Source of the DNA: a virus
Length of the DNA stretch: 64,000 bases
Virus record (IMG/VR): IMGVR_UViG_3300036985_001509
Span: 27,447-91,446 of that record
Strand: one strand, 5' to 3'
Shown: in pieces, positions 29,428 through 38,852 of the stretch
Position numbering within the stretch: the stretch's first letter is position 1
Layout of the letters: every line of letters begins with the position of its first letter
The notes under the pieces: generated by a model
The model's database searches: none
What the model was told of the DNA's origin: nothing
The model's input: the letters and a program-made list of their open reading frames with translations, nothing else
Program-made: the position numbers and the translations under genes

Positions 29428-29640
29428 CACAATCTTTTATGCTATAGCTATATTATGTCTTATTTCCAACTTAATCCCGTAAATAGGCTTTCTATCTACA
29501 GGGTGAATAGATCCCATAACCCACCCACCACCCCAAAGCTACAACATCCTTAGGATAGATTCCAAATTTTTTTTCGTAAACCCCCACCCTTACTTTTTGC
29601 CCCCTAGGGTGAGCCCCTAGTTTGACCATCCCCCCTGGTT

Positions 29641-29656
29641 TGTTCCACGTGAAAAA
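29641..29656. promoter_or_regulatory. parS-like site
   Basis: TGTTCCACGTGAAAAA matches TGTTNCACGTGAAACA at 15/16 positions. Confidence 0.5.
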
Positions 29657-29780
29657 ACCCCCCTATCCGTGAGGGGACGGGTTACTCCACACCAAGGACC
29701 CAGGGGCAGGATGCGCGGTGGGAGCCACCCCCCGTGCTTCGTTAACAAGGAGTCACCTTGTAAAAAACTGTCGAAAAATC

Positions 29781-30200
29781 ATGGCACAAGAACTGCGTAT
29801 CAAATCAGGCGTATGGTCAGCGAAAGGCAACTTCACAGCCAAAACTGCGTACGGCAAAACTTTCTTCATCCACAAGAACACCATGGCAGAGTTGGGCTAC
29901 GAGCCTAATGCTGAGGTTAAGTACCCATTTTATGCAGTGGTAGACACCACCATGATCGGTCAGCTTGACCAGAATGGCGATCCTCTAATGGGAGAAGATG
30001 GCAAGCCCGTACAGGTTGCTCGTGAGAGCGCATTGAGCGTGTTCGCCACACTGGAAGAGTTGCAGGCTTGCGCAATCGAAGAGCGTACCATCGGTGCGGA
30101 CATCGAGATTGCTGTTCAGCAGCACGTTCGCAGCAAGGTTAGCACCAGCGGTCTGAGCGAGTCTGCTGTCAACAGCATTCTTGCAAGCTCACTCGTGTAA
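29781..30200 (+). CDS. First rightward (early) gene, hypothetical
   Basis: 139 aa from ATG at 29781 (MAQELRIKSG...), followed by a terminator. Confidence 0.75.
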   Translation: MAQELRIKSGVWSAKGNFTAKTAYGKTFFIHKNTMAELGYEPNAEVKYPFYAVVDTTMIGQLDQNGDPLMGEDGKPVQVARESALSVFATLEELQACAIEERTIGADIEIAVQQHVRSKVSTSGLSESAVNSILASSLV

Positions 30201-30208
30201 GATTATTC

Positions 30209-30241
30209 GGAAGTGTTCTCAATCAGGGAACACTTCCTTTT
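30209..30241 (+). terminator. Rho-independent terminator
   Basis: GGAAGTGTTC...GAACACTTCC followed by TTTT. Confidence 0.7.
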
Positions 30242-30456
30242 ATACCTTATATATATGGGTGGGTAAACATGAAATGTTACGTTGGGTGGGACATATTATG
30301 ATGCATAACGCATTGATTCTCTGTGAGTTAGAGAGTGGTAGTGTCACCCATATACACTTTTAGGGGGTAAAATCACAATTGCTCATATTGAGCGCTTATA
30401 GCTATAAATATAGCATTAACTAACCAAAAAGCCTGTATACAGGCAAAACGATAGTT

Positions 30457-30786
30457 ATGTACAAAGATATTTCTACGGAAGGTCTTTCCTTCCCTAAGAC
30501 ATTGGTTATTCGTAATAGTGTAGATGGTTGGATATGGCAGATATATCATGTTGATAGTCACCAGCAAGCTTATTATATAGCTGAGAATGCTAAGAACAGT
30601 GGATATGAAGGAAGGACATTAGAGGACTATAATGGTGGTAAAGAGACATTTCCAAATTGGAGAATGGAAATGGCTAGAGAGCTTGTCAAATTACTGCCTA
30701 ATCACCTTGTTCTTAAAGAGGATGCAGTGGATGTGCTTATAGATGATCCATACGAGGATGAAAGATGCTATGATGAGAGCCTGTAA
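30457..30786 (+). CDS. Hypothetical early protein
   Basis: 109 aa ORF. Confidence 0.6.
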   Translation: MYKDISTEGLSFPKTLVIRNSVDGWIWQIYHVDSHQQAYYIAENAKNSGYEGRTLEDYNGGKETFPNWRMEMARELVKLLPNHLVLKEDAVDVLIDDPYEDERCYDESL

Positions 30787-30805
30787 CAGGGCTCTTTTGT
30801 TTTAA

Positions 30806-30915
30806 TGCACCATCCTAGCTTCCCAAGGGCTAGCAGAATATGTAATGAGGACTTATGTCCTTCGTGATGGTTTATACAGAGCTGAGAATTCTGTTCATTA
30901 CATATTCTGAGTGCA
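30806..30915. ncRNA. Candidate structured non-coding RNA
   Basis: Perfect 15 bp stem 30834-30848/30895-30909 plus nested hairpins and a TGCAC/GTGCA closing stem. Confidence 0.4.
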
Positions 30916-31028
30916 GAGGGATATGTACAGGTGTTCATCTGTTCTACTTCATAGAATAGAGGCTTTTTGGTGAGGCAAAACCATATATTTTTCTCTAAAT
31001 CCTTATTAATCAATTAAATACGATTGCT

Positions 31029-31304
31029 ATGTCAAAATTTACTAGAATTAAGGCACCTAAATACAGAATAGGTAGATATGTCCTTAATGAATATGAGCTT
31101 AGATGCTTACAAGTTGAAGTGGCTAGAGGTCTTAAACAGCCTGGCATCAAGGTTAAAGATGATGCTAATCAAATAGCCACCATCCAAGCTAACGGTAGTA
31201 TGGATATTAATGTTGAAGGTTATGACATAACCTCTAGGTATGCATTAAATCTAATTGCTATCAGAAGAGACAGAGAAAGAGCGTTAAAAACAAATCCTTA
31301 TTAA
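31029..31304 (+). CDS. Hypothetical early protein
   Basis: 91 aa ORF with A-rich leader. Confidence 0.6.
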   Translation: MSKFTRIKAPKYRIGRYVLNEYELRCLQVEVARGLKQPGIKVKDDANQIATIQANGSMDINVEGYDITSRYALNLIAIRRDRERALKTNPY

Positions 31305-31326
31305 TCAACAACTTAAATCAAAAAAG

Positions 31327-31575
31327 ATGAAAAAAGACCTCTTATACCCAATATGTTTGGGTGTTACAGCTATGATAACCATATGCTGTTTGTATGTGTG
31401 CTGTAAGGCAGTTGATGCTTTGGACAGTATTAATAACAGGATGGACAGGGCTAATGTGGAATACCAATTTGTTGTCACAGACAGTACAATTACAGTTTGG
31501 GATGATAACAGATGGGTTGGGACAGTGAAGCTAGAAGGTCAGCTAGACAGTTTAATTACATTTGATAACCAATAA
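31327..31575 (+). CDS. Small membrane-anchored protein
   Basis: N-terminal hydrophobic helix. Confidence 0.6.
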   Translation: MKKDLLYPICLGVTAMITICCLYVCCKAVDALDSINNRMDRANVEYQFVVTDSTITVWDDNRWVGTVKLEGQLDSLITFDNQ

Positions 31576-31713
31576 ATTAAGTGTTATGCTCACCCTTTGT
31601 ATCATGCCTGTGTTTAAAGGCACAAGGAAGGAGACTATTACAGCATGTATTATATGTCTCCTTATGGACAGTATTTATATAATTCCAATCATCAACCATT
31701 TAAATTCCTGATC

Positions 31714-31917
31714 ATGAAACAGTTATTGATCATGCTGCTGTTGACAGTAGCTTTTGTTATCATCTGCCCATTTGTGTTCATTTATTGCCTGTGGGATTTC
31801 AACTTCTCAACCGTGAGAGGGCTCAGAAGGGACTATTTGGAGACCATGAGCTATCCTATTTATCAGTTGTTCCATTACAAGACCAAGCATTATAGAAGAG
31901 TGCCTGGTAGATTTTAG
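31714..31917 (+). CDS. Small membrane protein
   Basis: MKQLLIMLLLTVAFVIICPFVFIYCLW hydrophobic N-terminus. Confidence 0.5.
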   Translation: MKQLLIMLLLTVAFVIICPFVFIYCLWDFNFSTVRGLRRDYLETMSYPIYQLFHYKTKHYRRVPGRF

Positions 31918-31935
31918 TATATTTGCTTATAGGCT

Positions 31936-32009
31936 GATCCTGTAGCTCAGTTGAATAGAGCAACAGCCTTCTAAGCTGTGGGCCATTGGTTTGAATCCAA
32001 TCAGGATCA
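31936..32009 (+). tRNA. tRNA-Arg (anticodon TCT)
   Basis: Acceptor GATCCTG/CAGGATC, D arm GCTC..GAGC, anticodon arm ACAGC-CTTCTAA-GCTGT, T arm ATTGG-TTTGAAT-CCAAT; CCA not encoded. Confidence 0.9.
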
Positions 32010-32037
32010 CGAATTTTCATAAGCCAAGCAATCGTAC

Positions 32038-32067
32038 GGGCCTGTGTTTCCACACTGGGCCCTTTTT
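32038..32067 (+). terminator. Terminator after tRNA
   Basis: GGGCCTGTGT-TTCC-ACACTGGGCCC followed by TTTTT. Confidence 0.7.
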
Positions 32068-32096
32068 ATTTACATCATCTATTAAATCAAATAAAC

Positions 32097-32243
32097 ATGA
32101 CACCAGCACCTAAAACAGGCAGATACTTTATAGCTGCCCTCTTTGTAATCATTATTATTGTATTGCTCTGTAGTTCTTGTGCTACACAAGGATATGGCTG
32201 CAATGGTAAAGGCAAAATCATTACACGTGTTAAACAATTCTAA
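32097..32243 (+). CDS. Small lipoprotein (48 aa, not in ORF track)
   Basis: MTPAPKTGRYFIAALFVIIIIVLLCSSCATQGYGCNGKGK...; lipobox-like (L)CSSC. Confidence 0.6.
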   Translation: MTPAPKTGRYFIAALFVIIIIVLLCSSCATQGYGCNGKGKIITRVKQF

Positions 32244-32254
32244 ATCAATTAGTT

Positions 32255-32404
32255 ATGAAAACCATCCTTTTTAACGACCCTCGAGAATTCATTCAGTTCA
32301 AAACCTTAGCCAACCGTATTCACCTTATTTTTATGTATAAAGTGCTGCATGGCGTATTCCATGTAGAGGCTGATGCATTACGTCTTGACGAGTTGGGTTA
32401 CTAA
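32255..32404 (+). CDS. Small hypothetical protein (49 aa, not in ORF track)
   Basis: MKTILFNDPREFIQFK...LDELGY, followed by a terminator at 32413-32448. Confidence 0.55.
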   Translation: MKTILFNDPREFIQFKTLANRIHLIFMYKVLHGVFHVEADALRLDELGY

Positions 32405-32733
32405 GGATGAAAGGACAGCTCTGAAACACGGGCTGTTCCTTTTTTTTTGTGCCACATGCGTCACATGCGACATGCGTCATAAAAAGGCCAAAAACACATC
32501 AAAATGTGCTTTTTATGACACATTTATATGCAATACCATCCATTTTACTGCAAAATCACACTATTATATGCATTTTAATACACTTTTATGAACATTACAG
32601 CACTGATCGTTTTCTTCACCATCAGCTTTGTTATAGCTGTGTTGTGGGTGAGAGGCATAGATAAAATGAAACGGGAACATCCTGACTACAAGGGTGAAGA
32701 CTTTTTAAATCACGATGATAAAAACACATCCTC

Positions 32734-33003
32734 ATGAGTAAAGTAATGATAGCATTGGGCATTGTGCTCACTATGTCTGTTCTTCTGTACCAAGTGTCAA
32801 ACAAGGACAGAAAGATTAAGGCTCTAAACCAGCAGATTGTGGAGCTAGAACAAAAAGCCAAACTTGTAGACTCTCTGGAGGCTGAGTTGTTTCCTTTAGA
32901 GACACAGCTTAGCAGATATGAGATGGCTTTTACTATAATGGCAAGACGATATCCTAAATGTGCTGATATATACAGCATGATAATATCGGAGGAAACAGAA
33001 TGA
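32734..33003 (+). CDS. Membrane-anchored coiled-coil protein
   Basis: N-terminal TM helix followed by heptads. Confidence 0.55.
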   Translation: MSKVMIALGIVLTMSVLLYQVSNKDRKIKALNQQIVELEQKAKLVDSLEAELFPLETQLSRYEMAFTIMARRYPKCADIYSMIISEETE

Positions 33004-33211
33004 TAGCTAATCTTAAACGCTACGCTATGCGTAGAATAAATTTAAAACCTATGGCACAACAAAATGAAAATAACGAGTTATATGACTTAGAGGATCTTCG
33101 CTCTGAATATGAATCAACTTATTTAGCATATGCTTTATTTGCAGAAAATGCTGATTTTATGAATTTTGAGCAGTGGTTAGAAAAACATAAAGGTTTGAAA
33201 ATTAAATAACT

Positions 33212-33415
33212 ATGGCACAACAAACAGCAGTAGACTATCTGATAGAACAATTACAAGCACCTTGTAGAGGTATACCTTCCCACATTATAGAACAAGCCAA
33301 ACAAATGGAGAAGGAGCAGATAATAAAAGCTGCAAAAGTTATTCTATTTGCCTCAACAGGGCCAGGCGATACAGCTGCAGAACAATACTACAACGAAACT
33401 TATAAAACTAAATAA
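33212..33415 (+). CDS. Small protein of a family common in Bacteroidota phages
   Basis: QTAVDYL...AKQMEKEQII...AEQYYNETY pattern (recognised from memory). Confidence 0.55.
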   Translation: MAQQTAVDYLIEQLQAPCRGIPSHIIEQAKQMEKEQIIKAAKVILFASTGPGDTAAEQYYNETYKTK

Positions 33416-33634
33416 CATGGTAGGAACCATCTTTAGAAAACATGTCGAAAGACATGAAATGGGCACAGCAGGCAAAACTATGTATCAGAGCTGGAAGGTT
33501 GTTAGTGACCTAGGTAATGACATATATGCCTGTGTACGCGTAGATAATACGCAAGATCCTATGGGTGCTGCTAGTCCGCAGAAGCGCACATTCAGAGGTA
33601 CAGACATTCAGAAGCACCTAAAAAATAAACAATA

Positions 33635-34156
33635 ATGTTTATCACCGTAGAGCTCGTATTTAAGAGCCACATGCCCAGAGCATTGGAGCCTGGACTATTG
33701 TTCATTACCAAGATCAATCCTGGCACCAGAAAAGAATATTCGGAGATATGGGCGCTTGATAAACATCCTGCAGAAAGCCTAGAGGAGTTTATTGTCAAAC
33801 ATGGCGCACCTGTTGAGCCCTATTTAATGTACGACGAACAAGCGTTAGCAGAACCAGAAGAGATTGGTTGGTGGGACGTGGGTGATACTTCTGATGAGCT
33901 CAGAGACATCACACTCAAGGACATCAACTTTCTTCTAGAAAACTACGATGGGTATGTTGACGTAGAGATTGATGATGATGCATTTGATAACGAGGATGAA
34001 ATCAGTCCTGTTTTGTACATGAACAAGGTGCTATTATGTGTCCCTGGGTTGTATGATGATGAGGATGAAGAAGAAGAGGATGATGATGATGGGTATGATG
34101 AGGGAGAAGACCCGTTCTTTGACCATATGGACGATGATTCCTGGAAAGAAATTTAA
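33635..34156 (+). CDS. Acidic hypothetical protein
   Basis: 173 aa with an Asp/Glu-rich tail. Confidence 0.65.
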   Translation: MFITVELVFKSHMPRALEPGLLFITKINPGTRKEYSEIWALDKHPAESLEEFIVKHGAPVEPYLMYDEQALAEPEEIGWWDVGDTSDELRDITLKDINFLLENYDGYVDVEIDDDAFDNEDEISPVLYMNKVLLCVPGLYDDEDEEEEDDDDGYDEGEDPFFDHMDDDSWKEI

Positions 34157-34342
34157 AATGAAAAATCTAATGAAACTAGTTAAAGAATTCATCTTTGGCA
34201 GGCGTGCAGAGCCTGTCTGCCAAATCAAAACCACATTACGCACTGTCTATCCTACTAACCAACCGAGTGAGTGGGAGTGGAAACAGGAGTTTAGAGTGGG
34301 TATGATGTGTGGTAAAAAAGCAATCTATTTAAATTAATATCT

Positions 34343-34918
34343 ATGGGAATGGATGTTTATGGCAAAGCTCCTCAAACAGTTGGGGAGAGGCCTGAGAGAC
34401 CAGAAGATTGGGACTCTCTAACAGAATATGAACGTGATATGTATTACAATGAGGTGAACATCTGGGAAGCTAACAATCCTGGTGTTTATTTCAGGGCTAA
34501 CAATTGGTCTTGGAGGCCAATACATGCTGTGTGTGACTTTGCTATTAACATTACAAAGCTTCCTTTTGATACTACGTATTGGGGCTCAAATGATGGCAAA
34601 GGTTTAAAGAACCAAGAAGAATGTGATATGTTAGCTGATGCTATTGAGGTGTATCTCACCCTCAACAATGCAAACATGCATGACATGGATGACAGAATGT
34701 ATCTGTGTCTTGGTTCATGGACCACCTCTAGTGGACATTTTATGCCACAAGAGCTTGAAGATGAGCTTAATGAAACCTACAAACCAGGTACAATCCTGTA
34801 CAATGGTGTTGTTACAAAGGATGGTACGCTAGCATTCTCAGCACACAGTTGTCCTCTCTATCATATTAACAACTTTACAACATTCCTCCGCAAATGTGGA
34901 GGATTTGAAATCTGGTAA
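34343..34918 (+). CDS. Hypothetical protein
   Basis: 191 aa; MGMDVYG...YFRANNWSWRPI...FLRKCGGFEIW phage-type pattern. Confidence 0.7.
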   Translation: MGMDVYGKAPQTVGERPERPEDWDSLTEYERDMYYNEVNIWEANNPGVYFRANNWSWRPIHAVCDFAINITKLPFDTTYWGSNDGKGLKNQEECDMLADAIEVYLTLNNANMHDMDDRMYLCLGSWTTSSGHFMPQELEDELNETYKPGTILYNGVVTKDGTLAFSAHSCPLYHINNFTTFLRKCGGFEIW

Positions 34919-34951
34919 ATCTATCAAATCACAATTTAAAATCCAAAGCAC

Positions 34952-35254
34952 ATGTCAAGAAAAAGCATCTTCAAAACCGCAGAAATCCTACAGATTAAAA
35001 AGCAAATCCGTCAGGGAGGAAAGGTAAAGCAAATGGCAAAACGCCTTGCTCCTCAGTACAATGTAACAGAGGAACAAATGCTCAACAAGCTGTATTACAT
35101 ATCAGCTCGCACCTACATGATGAGAGGTAGACCTAGCAAGAAGGCTAAAGCTCCTGCAGCTCCTGTAACAAGAGTAGAAAAGCCTACTGAGAACATATCA
35201 GTGGTAGGTAAAAAGGTGGTGGTATACAGCAATCACATACGTATTTATTTCTAA
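34952..35254 (+). CDS. Basic hypothetical protein
   Basis: 100 aa; RGRPSKK AT-hook-like motif. Confidence 0.6.
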   Translation: MSRKSIFKTAEILQIKKQIRQGGKVKQMAKRLAPQYNVTEEQMLNKLYYISARTYMMRGRPSKKAKAPAAPVTRVEKPTENISVVGKKVVVYSNHIRIYF

Positions 35255-35544
35255 CATCTAAATACACATCCTTATGTCAGCAACACTCGTCTATCGCTCC
35301 GAATGGAGCAAAATCACACCCCTAGTTTACTCTGATGACTCTAACAATGATGCAGTTAATCGTTTGATTGACAGCATCTTTAGAGCCAAACGAACCAACA
35401 GACTTGTCCTTGATAACAACAAAATGTATTACAAGCCTAGTAACCAGTACAAAAGATTTGTTGTTCGCATGCGTAAAATTAGGTAGATTTGGACTACGGT
35501 TCCTACTCTCATTTAGAGGGTAGGAACTTTTAAATCCAAACTAT

Positions 35545-35775
35545 ATGGCAAAAGACAAATGCGTACTATGTAGCGCAGAAACTCTCTATGATGAGAGTTT
35601 GCACATAGATTATAGACATGGATATATTGAAGGAGCTGGACAGCTCTGCAAATCCTGTTATGATAGGGGAACAAAACGAACGCACATCACTATTCCTGCG
35701 GACGTTATTTATAATACCCCGAATGATCAAGAATTAGGACAGAAGGTAAGAACTATTTATAATCAAAGCACTTAA
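35545..35775 (+). CDS. Small Zn-finger protein
   Basis: CVLC...YIEGAGQLCKSC. Confidence 0.6.
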   Translation: MAKDKCVLCSAETLYDESLHIDYRHGYIEGAGQLCKSCYDRGTKRTHITIPADVIYNTPNDQELGQKVRTIYNQST

Positions 35776-36033
35776 AATGGCAACTAAAAAACCAGTGGTA
35801 AAAGAAACATCACGCATCACTATTATAACTAATAGTGAAGAAGAATGCATAGTAAAATTGAAAGGTGATTCAATGATAGCAACAGCAGCACTGGCAGCTC
35901 TAATGGCTGCAGACCATGAGGATAATCAATTTCGTGAGATGATGGCATTAGCTATTCAAGTGGTGCTTCATGAAGATAAACAAAGCAAGAAGAAATCTAC
36001 AAAAAAGAAAGCAGCTCCTAAAAAGAAGAAATA

Positions 36034-37989
36034 ATGAATGTTGTTATTTATGACATCGAGACCTTAAAAGAGTATTTCCTGGTGGTAGCGTTGGTTCCTC
36101 AAGAGCCATACAGAGTGTTTAAAGTGAATCGTGAAGAGAACAATCTAGGTGCATTCATTAAGTTTGCTGAAGAGTACAAAGATTATTATTGGGTTGGCTA
36201 CAATAATCTTCGTTTTGACTCTCAAGTGGTGGAATGGATAATGCGTAATTATGAATACTGGCATGAGCTTTCCAGTTTGGAAATCACTGCTAGAATACAC
36301 CAGAAGGCTGCAGATGTCATACATGATGCAAATTATGATGTTTTCCCTGAGTACAGGGAACATGACCTCAGCCTTAAACAGCTTGATCTCTTCCGAATTC
36401 ACCACTTTGACAACAAGAATAGACGCGTTAGTCTAAAGAGGTTGGAGTTTGAGATGGACCTTGAGAACATTGAGGAGATGCCTATACACCATGACAAGAC
36501 AGACATGACTAGGGATGATCTCATTCTTACGACAGAATACTGTCTTAATGATGTGTGGGCCACCTATCAGTTCTACAAGGTGACTATTGGTGATACAGAT
36601 CATCCTTTGTACAAGGGCGATAATAAGATACAGCTCAGACAGGATATACAAGATGAGTTTGGCATTCCCTGCTTAAACTATTCTGATAGTAAGATTGGGG
36701 ATGAAATGATCAAAAAGTATTACTGCCAAGAGAAAGGTATAGAGTATCGTGATCTACCAAAGGGTGGTAAGTTTGAGAAGAAGACGCATGTAAAGAACTG
36801 TATTGCAGACTATGTGAAGTTTCAAACACCTGAACTGCAGCAGTTTCTAGCAAGTATTAGAAAGCTCAGCTTAGGCATGAAAGATGACTTTAAAGAGGAA
36901 CTACATTTCTACGGTAATGTATATTCTTTCATGAAGGGTGGATTACATACAGAGAATAAGCCCAAGATATTTGAGGCTGATGATGAATATGAGATTATTG
37001 ACTGGGATGTATCCAGCTATTATCCAGCCATCATCATCAACAACGGGCGCTATCCAAGACACCTGGGTAAGGAGTTTCTGCAAGGTTACAAGACCATGTT
37101 TGAGAAACGACTAGAGCTCAAGCCTTTGGCTAAAAAGGATAGAAAGATTAAGGGTATTGTAGGAGCCCTAAAGCTCGCTGTAAACTCTGTTTATGGTAAG
37201 AGTTCTGATGTACAGTCCTGGATCTATGACAGGCAGCTCACCATGTTCACCACTATTACGGGTGAACTAAGCCTTATGATGCTCATCGAGGCATATGAGC
37301 TGGCTGGTATTAACGTGATATCTGCTAACACTGATGGTGTAACTATTAGAATCAAGAAGGACCTGATAGATAAAATGCACCAGATAAACAAGTGGTGGTC
37401 TGATATCACTGAGTATGAGCTAGAAAGGGCTGACTATCAAAAGATTATATTTTCCACGGTAAATGACTATCTTGCGATAAAAACAGATGGAGAGATCAAG
37501 AAGAAAGGCGATTTCCTCACGGATTTCGAGCTTCATAAGAACAAGTCAGCGCGTATTGTCCCACTTGCTCTGGAACAATATTTTGTTAGTAATATACCTG
37601 TTGCTGATACTATTCGCGGTCATAGTAACATCTTTGACTTCTGCCTCAGACAGAAAGCTTCCAAAGACTTCCACTATGAAGGAATAGATAGGTCCACAGG
37701 TAATAAGACTGTATACAATAAGCTGATTCGTTATTACATCTCCAACACTGGAGAGAAGCTCCTGAAGATTAAGAATGAGGATTCTACAAGTGGTGCTGCA
37801 GCTGTTTCCCAAGTGGAAGCTGGTGAGTGGCTGGCCACTGTATGCAATAGACTTGATAAAAATCATCCTCTGGACAACATCAACTACCTGTATTACATAG
37901 ACAGGGCTGAGAAACTAATCAGTAAGATTGAGTCTGAGGGTAAAGCTCGCAGGGTGGTGATAAACCCAAATCAGTTAAGTTTATTCTGA
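36034..37989 (+). CDS. polB: Family B DNA polymerase (crAss-like PolB)
   Basis: Exo motifs YDIE, GYNNLRFD, YCLND; polymerase motifs DVSSYYP, KLAVNSVYGK, SANTDG. Confidence 0.92.
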   Translation: MNVVIYDIETLKEYFLVVALVPQEPYRVFKVNREENNLGAFIKFAEEYKDYYWVGYNNLRFDSQVVEWIMRNYEYWHELSSLEITARIHQKAADVIHDANYDVFPEYREHDLSLKQLDLFRIHHFDNKNRRVSLKRLEFEMDLENIEEMPIHHDKTDMTRDDLILTTEYCLNDVWATYQFYKVTIGDTDHPLYKGDNKIQLRQDIQDEFGIPCLNYSDSKIGDEMIKKYYCQEKGIEYRDLPKGGKFEKKTHVKNCIADYVKFQTPELQQFLASIRKLSLGMKDDFKEELHFYGNVYSFMKGGLHTENKPKIFEADDEYEIIDWDVSSYYPAIIINNGRYPRHLGKEFLQGYKTMFEKRLELKPLAKKDRKIKGIVGALKLAVNSVYGKSSDVQSWIYDRQLTMFTTITGELSLMMLIEAYELAGINVISANTDGVTIRIKKDLIDKMHQINKWWSDITEYELERADYQKIIFSTVNDYLAIKTDGEIKKKGDFLTDFELHKNKSARIVPLALEQYFVSNIPVADTIRGHSNIFDFCLRQKASKDFHYEGIDRSTGNKTVYNKLIRYYISNTGEKLLKIKNEDSTSGAAAVSQVEAGEWLATVCNRLDKNHPLDNINYLYYIDRAEKLISKIESEGKARRVVINPNQLSLF

Positions 37990-38247
37990 TGGCACACAAG
38001 AAACAAAAACCTCTTCCTAACACTCATCCAAGACTAAGAATAGTGGCTGAGCTACAAAAGATTAAAGAAGAGGGAACAGAGTTTCCTGAACATCCTTCTC
38101 CCAAAAGAATAACAGAGATGAGAAAGGATGAAAGAAAGACACACAAGCTTCTGAAGAAGAAAGAACAGAAGAGAAACACTCCAAAGACAAAAGCATTTGT
38201 CGGGTGGGAGTACAAAGATAGATACTCACACAGAAAAACTCAGTAAC

Positions 38248-38679
38248 ATGAACATTAAAAAAGGAGACAAGTTTAAGGACTACATCGGTACTCCTTGTTT
38301 CATTAGTTACATTAAGGGAGACATTATAAAGCTGTCATTTATAGAAGAGCGTCCACACGTTGAGGTTTGGGATAAGAAGGAACTCTTGGCTGAAATCAGC
38401 AAGAATCGATTCTTTCCTGAGCCACGCATTGTGGTGAACAGAAACAATGTTTCTGAGCATCTCGTTGAATATCAGCTAAATATGATAGGTAAGACAACAG
38501 AAGAAGCTCGTAAGTTGGAAGACTGGTATCAGCAATGGACCATGACCACACAGCAATTTGAACTGTTTAAAGCATATGCAATCCCTCTGCTTCGTAAGGT
38601 ATTTAAATTCAACAAACGAAACGCGGAGAAGACATTTGACTGGTTCAATCTAGGCTACGGTCTCCGTATAAAAGACTAA
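38248..38679 (+). CDS. Hypothetical protein
   Basis: Likely start at MNIKKGDKF. Confidence 0.55.
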   Translation: MNIKKGDKFKDYIGTPCFISYIKGDIIKLSFIEERPHVEVWDKKELLAEISKNRFFPEPRIVVNRNNVSEHLVEYQLNMIGKTTEEARKLEDWYQQWTMTTQQFELFKAYAIPLLRKVFKFNKRNAEKTFDWFNLGYGLRIKD

Positions 38680-38852
38680 TCCATGGGAGCTATCTTCCTA
38701 ATTGTAATGCTCGTTATAATAACGATCATTGCTTACTTTGTAATCAAGGACGGTAATCAACAACTTGAAGAACTAGATGACGATCCCACAATCACATGTT
38801 GGGATGATGACAAGAATCACACAGAAGGAGGGTTTCACTAAAAACAAATTTT

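Noticed and set aside
30841-30866. Hammerhead ribozyme resemblance (GTAATGA-GGAC..GTCC)
   Set aside because: Core CUGANGA and GAAA are not intact (GTAATGA, TTCG).
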